From Carcharhinus longimanus (taxonomy: Eukaryota): 64,000 bases of DNA. The stretch's first letter is position 1. Each line of letters opens with the position of its first letter. The DNA lies in assembly GCA_030264375.1 (NCBI GenBank), contig JASCQW010000001.1:147568229-147632228 (forward strand). The letters are read 5' to 3'. The notes below the pieces were generated by a model. The model had not been told where the DNA came from, searched no databases, and was given only the letters and a program-made list of their open reading frames with translations. This document shows, piece after piece, positions 54,431-64,000 of the stretch. The translations under genes and the position numbers were made by a program.

Positions 54431-57043
54431 CTTAGCTGAGCTTCCCCTACCCCTATATTCTTACAACCTGTTTCTTATGTTTAACTCTCATATAGGAAGC
54501 CACAATCTCTATTGAACTTGTAAGTGTTGATTGCTACAAGTAGGTGGCAGACTTTGAGTGCAGCTTGTCACATAGTGTGCTATCCTGATGTTGAAGAGGT
54601 TGGTACCAAGCAGCAGGTGTTTTTTTTAGTTCATGTTATACAAGTTTTAGCAAAGAAAATGTGGCCATCATTGTTGGTACTCTTTCCCTATACTCATATC
54701 CTGGCTGAAGACTTCCTGGGTGAGTTAATTTAAAACATTCTGCCCATCTGAGTTCTTTGCTCTCCAGTGCCGCCTTATGGGGTGAAGATCTACTCCATTT
54801 GGGATCCTCATGCTTTGGCAGAGCATATCAATCATCTAAAATTTAAAAACAGCTGGAAATACTGAGCAACCCTGACAGTGCCTGTGGAAAGCAGAGTGGT
54901 TTCTCTTTCCAGAGTTGCTATGTAGTTTGCTGAGTGCTTGCAGCAGTTTCTGTTTTCACTGTTTGCAGACATTTCCTGGCTCTTTATTCCTTCTCTTATC
55001 TCATGAGTAAGTTTGACTAGAAGTCGGGTGTAGCACCACAGAAGCCAGAGATCCTCCGGTCATTTCTATGTGGGACATTGTGTCATCAGTATTATGCTGT
55101 TTAACTGTGGAAGTTGTCACAGTTTAATCCCGTCTTGTCTATGTCCAATATTCCCATGTGCATTTCCAACAGGGGGCACTGGACAGCAGAAAGGGCCTTG
55201 GCCAGTTTACTTCCACACAGTTTAAAACAGGCCATTCTTTGAATATATTAAAATGTGCAATGCATGGGTTCTCCAAATCATTGGCCAGACAGCAAGTTCA
55301 CATGATATAGGAGTAGAATTAGGCCATTTGGCCAATCGACTCCGTTCTGTCATTCGATCATGGCTGATGTGCTCCTCATCCCCATTTTCCTGCCTCCTCC
55401 CCATAACCCTTCATAAGCAAGGATCTATTTGAGTGGTCTGTTTCTCTACTATGAAAATTGAGTAACTTTTACCTTGGGTTAGGAGGGGAAAATCTGAGTT
55501 GCTTATGCTTTCCATCAGGGGGTCAATTAATAAGCGTAACAGATAAGAAGATACACCATGACAGTCTCTTTGCTGGAGTAACCTGATATTCTAAGCTCAA
55601 ACATGAGGCGTTGGCACTTTGACAAGGTACTCGCGTATCATTTGTGAAATTGTTCTTTTATGAGGGAAGGGCAAGAAAATCTTTGGGAGGGAAGGGAAAA
55701 GGATGTGTGAAAATGTGAGAATAGCTACTACAAATGTTTGTCTTGTTTCTAACCAGCTGTAGTACCATGCGTTATGGCACATAAAATTATTCTTAGAATC
55801 TACACTTGGTAGAAAGCAGAAAACATATCCCTCTTTTTCAAAGGCGCACCACATTCTGCAACCTGGCAGTTGCAACCACATTTCCTGCATACTGTCAAAC
55901 TGGATCTAGACTGTTAGTGTGACCATGGTTTGGAGTCAAAAATGTTCCTGGGGTGAAAGGGAAAAGCTAGTAACTTCAACCCCTCTAATTTCCACATTGC
56001 TTTACAGTAACTTTGTTGCGTCTTTTAACACAAATGAAGTGCAAAGGTCCATCTTGAGGGTTTTATTTTGCCCATGGCACCAAATATAAGAACCGTCACT
56101 GGAGGAAGAGATTTTATAATACCAATGGCAGTCAGGCAGCACACTTCTACAGGCCACTGATGTGTCTCATTTGTTTAACCTCATGGACGTTACCCAGCCA
56201 TTGCAATAGGTCAGAGGTCTAGAACTACTTACAAATGACTCTTTTCATCCCATTAGAAAGCACCTCCCTCTCCTTTCCCTGTTGAGGTCCAGTCAAGAGC
56301 AGTCAAGTTCTTGTGTGACGAGTAGCATTTTGTTGCAACGTGTTATATTAGCTGCTTGGAGGAATAAGTTGCCCTGTTTTGGATATGATCTTTGTCATCT
56401 GTAAGACTGACAGAGCAAAACTGAATGAATGGAATGGATGTGCGCGATATTTATTTGCTGGTAAAATTCCCACATCTAGTTCTCAGTGGGGGGGAAATTG
56501 CATTACTCCTGGTTTTGCAGATTTGCTGTATATTGTGAACCATAACATTGAAGAGTCCTGCCTCTGGTGCCCTAATTTATCTGAAAATAAATAGGCCAAA
56601 TTGAGAAAATTAAAAGTGGCAAGGGAGGGTTGGAAGTCAGATAAAGCATTCTTTATCTCAAAAATCAACTTAATTGCCCCAATCATTCCTGTAGACAGCA
56701 AATCTAATCCAGTGTGCAATTTAGAGCGAAACAACTGCGTAATTAGGAATCTACTTATTAGTGAATTTTTGTGTGTGTATGTGTGTGTGTGTGTATACAT
56801 GTGTCTCCCTCCTAATGTCTAAGTTAGAACTGAGATCATGTGTAATTGGTTGCATCTAGCGTTGTAAAAGCAAGCGCAGCCAGCACAGAACATAATTCAA
56901 TCGTTTTGAAAATCTACAGCCTAACAAAATTATTCATAACCCAGATGAATATTTGATGTGAATTTATCAATTGTTCTTGTAGTCAAAACCAGCAAAGGAC
57001 TTAAAAAGAAAGAGTAACATCATAAATCCTTTTTATTATTTAG

Positions 57044-57245
57044 CACACTGGAAGGGAACTGCATTGACGATGCTTTACAAGGACAAGCTGTTTACACCTA
57101 TGAGGATGGGAGTACCCTCCATGGTACCTACATTGATGGAGAATTGAATGGCATAGCTGAGGAATATGATTCAGAGGGACAGTTGACCTTCAGGGGTCAA
57201 TACAGGGATAATGTTCGGTGGGGTGTTTGCTGGATGTACTTTTCG
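57044..57245 (+). CDS. SETD7: SETD7 exon 3, 202 nt
   Basis: atttag|C ACA CTG...TTT TCG|gtaagt. Translates (S)TLEGNCIDDALQGQAVYTYEDGSTLHGTYIDGELNGIAEEYDSEGQLTFRGQYRDNVRWGVCWMYFS, in frame with exon 2. Confidence 0.94.
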
Positions 57246-57552
57246 GTAAGTTTCAATTAAATGATGAAAGGTATTAAAAATTGTGGCTAAATTGCAAAGA
57301 GACCAGAGGGCTGCAGTTTTCTTTCCATCGCCCCTGTTAAATTATTTGACCTTATCCAAATCCGCAGTTTGGTTGACTTTAACTGGGCTCAACAAGTATT
57401 GTTCAAATGTAAAATGCAGTTGGACTTTCATGAACAAAGGGTCAAATTTGCCTGAACACCATGTACAACATGCAGCTAGATTTTTGCAAAGCTATGGTCA
57501 AAGTGAGCGGACTCCAAGCTGCAGGATTTGATTACCACATTAGAATTGAACC

Positions 57553-57855
57553 TCATAGAATCCCTGTTGTGCAGAAGGAGTCCATTCGGCCCATCAAGTC
57601 TGCACCGATGACCATCTCACTCAAGCCTTATCCCTTTAACTCCATGTATTTACCCTGCTAGTCTCCCTGACACTAAGGGGCAATGTAACATGGCCAATCC
57701 ATGTAACCTTCACATTTTTGCACTGTGGGAGGAAACAGGAGCACCTAGAGGAGGACATGGGGAGAATGTTCAAACTCCACACAGAGACAGTGACCCAAGG
57801 CCAGAATCTCGCTGGTGCTATGAGGCAGCAGTGCTAACTACTGTGCCACCATGCC
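57553..57855 (-). mobile_element. HE1 V-SINE (tail A)
   Basis: Full head, core and tail. Confidence 0.82.
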
Positions 57856-58613
57856 TCGTATTCATATTGGCTAACATTACAGGTTTTTTTTTTAAAAAAA
57901 ATGTAAAACACCGTGGCTTACTTAATAGTTTTTTGAGCCAAAACTGTCCTCACCTTTCTATCTTTCACTTTCTCTTGTTTATTTTATTTATCCTCCTGTT
58001 TTAAAATAATTCCTAGCAGAATGCTTCTGTCAAAATGGCCAATCCAGCTGTGTCTAGACTAGAAAGAATTGCCTCTTTAATAAAACTTTATGCTAAATTG
58101 AAATTTGAATATGTAAAGCTGCAGCTGTTACATAAGGGACACATTCACACCCAAGTGCAGTGAGTGGCCAGCCCCCCCCACACATTTATTGACTGATCAA
58201 TTGAAAATAGCGTGCAACACCATAATGTGGAATGCTTCATAAACAGGGTCCCAAAACTGTGGGTTGCAGCCACCGGATGATCAGTTTTGGCCCTGAGCTC
58301 TGAGGCAGCCATGATGACTGTAAAACGCACATTCTGGTAGGGGTGCAAATTTCACACACCACCCCCGCCACCAAACAGTTCGTCCACAGGGCAACTTTTC
58401 AGTGCCCTGATTGGTGATTCTTTCTTGTCCTGACTGGTCATTCGGTTCGACACCGTGGCTAGCTGATCATGACTTCCATTGACCTGCTTGTAGTTCCGGG
58501 GGCACTTTGTGCACTGTGCAAAATGTGTAGCTACTGAGGCATGCCAGAGCCTTCAAATCAGTTGTTGATAAAACTGCATGCAACCGTACCTTTCCTTACT
58601 ACGCTATCCAACA

Positions 58614-58881
58614 CTTAAAAGTTTATTTATTAGTGTCGCAAGTAAGCTTACATTAGCACTGCAATGAAATTACTGTGAAAATCCCCTAGTCACCACACTC
58701 TGGCGCCTGTTCGGGTACACTGAGGGAGAATTTAGCACAGGGAATGCACCTAACCAGCATGTCTGTCGGACTGTGAGAGAAAAACAAAGCATGGGGAGAA
58801 CGTGCAGACTCTGCACAGACGGTGGCCCAAATTGGGAATCANNNNNNNNNNGTGTTAACCACTGTGCTACCATGCTGCCCA
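58614..58881 (-). mobile_element. V-SINE, tail type B (contains a 10-N gap)
   Basis: aagtttatttattagtgtcgcaagtaagcttacattagcactgcaatgaaattactgtgaaaatcccctagtc. Confidence 0.8.
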
Positions 58882-59724
58882 CCCTCCTGCCCGTTCTCTC
58901 ACTGCACCTTCCATCACTCTGGGATCGCATCAACTTTCGAGCATTAAAATGGTGCCACAATGGTAAAATGTTTGGTAAGCACTGTTTATAAGTTTAGAAA
59001 TACTGACAGCAAAACAATCTACACTTATACGTATGTATAATGTACCCTAACTTCTAGTCAGATATTTAGCAGAAAAAAATGTGCATTGCATTCAAAAAAT
59101 GATGGTAAGTCAGGAGGAAGAAAAACTCGTTCTCATGGGATTACCACAACCTTTTGGCTCACACGAGAGTGCTACCAACAGAGCAACAGCGGACTGGAAT
59201 TTTTTGGAGAAAACTGGCAAAGAAGTATATATTGCTTTAGTGTTTTCATGGCCTTAACTTGGCCTTTTGGCTAAGGTCATGCCCAAAATGGGGTGCAATG
59301 CTTCATTTTATCAGCTTGTCTTGTGGAGACCTTGAATTGGATTCAGTTGGATTTTGAATTTGGTTTTTGGAGCAAGCAAGGAATGGATTTGGGTTTGCCC
59401 AGTCCATTCTGAGCACTGACTTTGTAACTTTAAGGATGGAGTAAAACATTTTTTTAAAAAAAGTCTGCTTTCTACCCTGGTCAGACGTGTCTGCGAACTG
59501 TGGCCATAACTTTACCAGAATTGCAGTATAAACTCTCTTTACACATGGTAATAGTTGTTTTTTGTCTGCACATCTCATGAAATTACAGTGGCAATGTGTG
59601 AACAGTTCTGAAGAGGTTCTCAATCTGTTTCCCCAGATTCTTTTTCTAAGAAGAAAATACATATGTCATTACACTGTGAACATTGTGTTTTATGAACCGT
59701 GTGACATGTTATCTTGTGTGACAG

Positions 59725-59914
59725 GATGGAGGCTGCGTTGTAGGAGAGGTGAATGAAGACGGGGAGATGACTGGTGATAAAATAGCTTATGTTTATCCTG
59801 ATGGCAAGATAGCCCTGCTTGGAAAATTTGTTGATGGGGAAATAATCGAAGGACACCTGGCAACGCTTAAAGGTGTAACAGAGGGAAAGCCCCAGTTCGA
59901 GCTGTCTCCAGATG
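59725..59914 (+). CDS. SETD7: SETD7 exon 4, 190 nt
   Basis: tgacag|GAT GGA GGC...CCA GAT G|gtgaga. Translates [63 protein letters not shown]. Confidence 0.94.
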
Positions 59915-60239
59915 GTGAGAAGTATTGATTTATCATTACACTGTTTCATCACAATCTAATAATGCACGTGCATGTTTTCAATATTTTTAAAACATTTTTA
60001 GGAATTTATGACTTTGTTTATGTTACTTTTAAAAAGATGTGTCGATTTGAACATATTTTAAATTATACACGTGAAAATATTGGTGGATGTGACATTGGGA
60101 TTTCACTTTCTGGCTCCCCAGCATCAGTTTTTATGGGGGCTACTCTAAGGAAGCATTGTGGAAACCTTCTTGGAAGTTCCCAGGTAAATGTTTAGCCAGT
60201 AAGTTTCCAGAAGGGCTAACTTCCTAGTCTGAGAAAGGA

Positions 60240-60430
60240 CATTCTTGCTGCTGAGGAAGTCCAATGAAGGTTCACCAGACTGATTCCCAGAATGGCAAGA
60301 CTGATATATGGGGACTGGATCGACTGGGCTCGTACTCACTGGAATTTAGAAGAATGAGAGGGGATCTCAAAGAAATAAAATCCTGATGGGACTGGACAGG
60401 CTGGATGTGGGAAGAATGTTCTCGATCTTG
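60240..60430 (+). mobile_element. CR1 LINE 3' fragment
   Basis: RFTRLIP...LGSYSLEFRRMRGDL motif. Confidence 0.75.
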
Positions 60431-61422
60431 NNNNNNNNNNNNNNNNNNNNNNNNNNNNNNNNNNNNNNNNNNNNNNNNNNNNNNNNNNNNNNNNNNNNNN
60501 NNNNNNNNNNNNNNNNNNNNNNNNNNNNNNNNNNNNNNNNNNNNNNNNNNNNNNNNNNNNNNNNNNNNNNNNNNNNNNNNNNNNNNNNNNNNNNNNNNNN
60601 NNNNNNNNNNNNNNNNNNNNNNNNNNNNNNNNNNNNNNNNNNNNNNNNNNNNNNNNNNNNNNNNNNNNNNNNNNNNNNNNNNNNNNNNNNNNNNNNNNNN
60701 NNNNNNNNNNNNNNNNNNNNNNNNNNNNNNNNNNNNNNNNNNNNNNNNNNNNNNNNNNNNNNNNNNNNNNNNNNNNNNNNNNNNNNNNNNNNNNNNNNNN
60801 NNNNNNNNNNNNNNNNNNNNNNNNNNNNNNNNNNNNNNNNNNNNNNNNNNNNNNNNNNNNNNNNNNNNNNNNNNNNNNNNNNNNNNNNNNNNNNNNNNNN
60901 NNNNNNNNNNNNNNNNNNNNNNNNNNNNNNNNNNNNNNNNNNNNNNNNNNNNNNNNNNNNNNNNNNNNNNNNNNNNNNNNNNNNNNNNNNNNNNNNNNNN
61001 NNNNNNNNNNNNNNNNNNNNNNNNNNNNNNNNNNNNNNNNNNNNNNNNNNNNNNNNNNNNNNNNNNNNNNNNNNNNNNNNNNNNNNNNNNNNNNNNNNNN
61101 NNNNNNNNNNNNNNNNNNNNNNNNNNNNNNNNNNNNNNNNNNNNNNNNNNNNNNNNNNNNNNNNNNNNNNNNNNNNNNNNNNNNNNNNNNNNNNNNNNNN
61201 NNNNNNNNNNNNNNNNNNNNNNNNNNNNNNNNNNNNNNNNNNNNNNNNNNNNNNNNNNNNNNNNNNNNNNNNNNNNNNNNNNNNNNNNNNNNNNNNNNNN
61301 NNNNNNNNNNNNNNNNNNNNNNNNNNNNNNNNNNNNNNNNNNNNNNNNNNNNNNNNNNNNNNNNNNNNNNNNNNNNNNNNNNNNNNNNNNNNNNNNNNNN
61401 NNNNNNNNNNNNNNNNNNNNNN
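60431..61422. other. Assembly gap (992 N)
   Basis: N run. Confidence 1.
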
Positions 61423-61628
61423 ATTTTAAGGCCGAGTGGTGTAAATTCATAGGGGGGAGGGGGGAATTGGGTTAATTCTGGGTTCCCTGTGTTGGTAACC
61501 AAGTGGGGGTGGGGGGGAGGAGCTTGGAGCTGTGTGTGGCATGCTGGAGGTGTGGGGAATGGCAGATGACTTGTCCTTCATTGTCAAAGATAATGATCTG
61601 ATTTTTTGACCTTGTCAATTCAGCCATC

Positions 61629-62325
61629 GTGTGGAGATGCAGGCGTTGGACTGGGGTAAGCACAGTGAGAAGTCCCACAACACAGGTTAAAGTCCAACAG
61701 GTTTACTTGGCAGCACTAGCTTTCGGAGTCTCGGACTCCTTCATCAGGTGAGTGAGGACTTGTGTTCTCAAATGGGTCATATAAAGACACAAACTCAATT
61801 TACAAGATAATGGTTGGAATGCGAGTCTTTATAAGTAATCAAGTCTTAAAGGTACAGACAATGTGAGTGGAGAAAAGGTTAAGCACCGGTTAAAGAGATG
61901 TGTATTGTCTGCAGCCAGGACAGTTAGTGAGATTTTGCAAGCCCAGACAAGTCATGGAGGTTACAGATAGTGTGGGTCAATAGGCGTGATCTTCTTGGAG
62001 ATCCCCTCCAATTGGAGTCACGCTACCTGTAAACCCCATGACTTGCCTGGGCTTGCAAAATCTCACTAACTGCCTTGGCTGGAGACAATACACATCCCTT
62101 TAACCTGTGCTTGGCCGTCTCTCCATTCATACTGTTTGTACCTTTAAGACTTGATTACTTGTAAAGACTCGCATTCCAACCGTTACCTTGTAAATTGAGT
62201 TTGTGTCTGTATGTGATCTGTTTGAGAACAGTCCTCACCTGATGGAGTCTGAGACTCCGAAAGCGAGCGCTGCCAAATAAACCTGTTGGACTATAACCTG
62301 GTGTTGTGAGACTTCTTACCGTGCT
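61629..62325. mobile_element. Large palindromic Penelope-derived element (family A), ~300-bp arms
   Basis: Arms ~61659-61970 and ~62025-62325 are reverse complements. cttgtcaatt occurs on both flanks. Confidence 0.75.
61714..61754 (-). ncRNA. Minimal type I hammerhead ribozyme motif in a Penelope-derived element
   Basis: Reverse complement reads cactcac-CTGATGA-a-GGAGTC-cga-GACTCC-GAAA-gc-TA-gtg, with a perfect 6-bp stem II. Confidence 0.7.
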
Positions 62326-62492
62326 TGTCAATTAACACAAGGAAATTAGGACGGTAAGGAGGAATGATAAAAAGAAATAGTAAAATATTCTACACATACT
62401 TAAACATCAAAAGAAAGGTGAGAATAGCGATAGGGCCACTAAAATGCTTGTGATTAACTAAACTGGTAATAACACTGAATTGCCAGAAAAGT

Positions 62493-62747
62493 TAACAGAA
62501 AATGCTGGAAAAACTCAGCAGGTCTGGCAGCGTCTGTGGCAAGTAAGAGTTAACATTTCGTAGAATCTGTGGACAGATCATTTAGATCCGTCTACAGATG
62601 CTCCAATGGTTCTGCAGAAGGGTCATTTAGATCCAGAACATTAACTCTTGTTCTGTCTCCACAGATGCAACCAGATCTTCTGACTTCATCCAGCATTTTC
62701 TGTTTTTAGTTCAGATTTTTCAGCATCTGCAGTATTTTGCTTTTATT
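62493..62747. mobile_element. Penelope-derived family B palindromic element
   Basis: aacagaaaatgctggaaaaactcagcaggtctggcagc ... cagatgcaaccagatcttctgacttcatccagcattttctgttttt. Confidence 0.6.
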
Positions 62748-63044
62748 GCAGAAATAATAAGACAGTTTCCCTGAATACAGAGATAAAATAACTAACACTG
62801 GACATGACATTAGAAGATAGAAAAGGATGTAAAGGCATTTAAGATAGAAAGAGAGGCGGGGGGAAATAATTGATGAACTGATTAAACCCCCGGGTCGAAT
62901 GGATTGTATCAGCGCATATTTTGAAAAGGGATACTGGAGGTACTATTACAACTGATAGAAAATTCATTAGGAAAGTGAACAGTGTCAGAGGGCCGGTGGA
63001 CAGCTGAAGTGATTGCTATATACGTCAGTCCTGGACAATACAGT

Positions 63045-63273
63045 AAGCACAGTAAAAAGTCTGACAACACCAGGTTTAAGTCCAACTGATTTATTTGATA
63101 GTAAATTCACTAGCTTTCGAGGTTNNNNNNNNNNNNNNNNNNNNNNNNNNNNNNNNNNNNNNNNNNNNNNNNNNNNNNNNNNNNNNNNNNNNNNNNNNNN
63201 NNNNNNNNNNNNNNNNNNNNNNNNAGACATTTACTGTGTTTACCCCAGTCCAACGCCAGCATATCCACATCAT
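63045..63273. mobile_element. Palindromic Penelope-derived element (family A) with gapped centre
   Basis: Same terminal sequences as the 16075 element. caatacagtaag on both flanks. N gap in the middle. Confidence 0.65.
63125..63224. other. Assembly gap (100 N) in the centre of a palindromic element
   Basis: N run. Confidence 1.
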
Positions 63274-64000
63274 CAATACAGTAAGTCCAGAGAAACATAG
63301 ACACATTAGCTGTCTAAGAAAGACAATGGAATCTCATGAAATATGTGATAGATGAACGTCTAGAAACTGAAAATATAAGAATAGTTAGTATGGATTCCAA
63401 AAGGGGAAGATCATGTTTCACCTCTCCGACTTCTAAATTATTTGAAAATATTGAAATAATAGGCTGGGTAAAGGTAATTCAATCAAAGCATTCAAGAGGG
63501 TTTTGTGGGCAGGGGAATGGCACAAAGTCATAATGCTCATTTGAAGAGCCAGTGCTGACATTGTGGGCTAAATGCCCTCCTGTGCCGTAACCATTCTGTG
63601 ATGTAATGTATTTGGATCTTGGAGGAAACAGTCTTTGAAAAAATATAGCACGGTAAACCCTGATGAAAGTCAGATCATGTCGAGTCAGGGGAGAAGTAGC
63701 AGAATGGATAGCAGGCTGTATGTTAAACAGAAAACCAATAGTAGAGGATAAGAGACCTACTTAGTAACAATTGACAAGTTGTACGTTCCACAGGGATTGA
63801 TGCTGAGACCATTGCTGCTCATCACTCATCTAAACAATTAGAGGTTTGGGATCAGAAGCAAAGTTTCAAAATGAACTGCTGATATCAAATTAGTGGGTAT
63901 AATTGATACAGAAGAGAACTGCGACAAAATACTGGAAGATATTAATAAACATGAAAAATGGCCATTTAATTGGCAAATTAACTTCAATATAGATAAATGT

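Larger units (their letters stand above)
62330..64000 (+). mobile_element. Decayed CR1 LINE ORF2 (runs off the window end) with nested elements
   Basis: Remnants: YLNIKRKVRIAIGPL, PGSNGLY, QHGFQKGRSC-like, VPQGLMLxP, WQINFNIDKC. Confidence 0.7.

Overview
Vertebrate nuclear DNA, very likely from a shark or other elasmobranch, given the abundant HE1-type V-SINEs plus DeuSINE, CR1, Rex1/Babar, Tx1 and Penelope-derived repeats. It is a draft scaffold with five N gaps. The + strand carries intact, correctly phased spliced exons of three unrelated genes in succession. CREBRF has 2 internal exons of the bZIP basic region (5467-5656, 15731-15804). DOCK7 has 5 DHR-2 exons plus a 15-nt microexon (16758-27644). 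SETD7 has exons 2-4 of the MORN-repeat region (46395-59914), with exon 1 probably inside the gap 44964-45349. By eye, CREBRF lacks its 3' exons and DOCK7 lacks both its preceding and following exons, so the window looks like a mosaic. The CREBRF/DOCK7 switch falls on a ~440-bp palindromic Penelope-derived element that, unlike its sister copies here, has no flanking duplication and whose host repeat does not resume. The most likely explanation is an assembly mis-join through a repeat; a genuine rearrangement or segmental duplication is the alternative. Other points of interest: minimal hammerhead-ribozyme motifs in the palindromic elements, the DOCK7 microexon with a tandem acceptor and RBFOX motifs, a candidate poison exon in CREBRF, a templated insertion inside a SINE, and a SINE/LINE partner pair. 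All calls are from manual reading and repeat boundaries are approximate. I cannot claim a new biological system.
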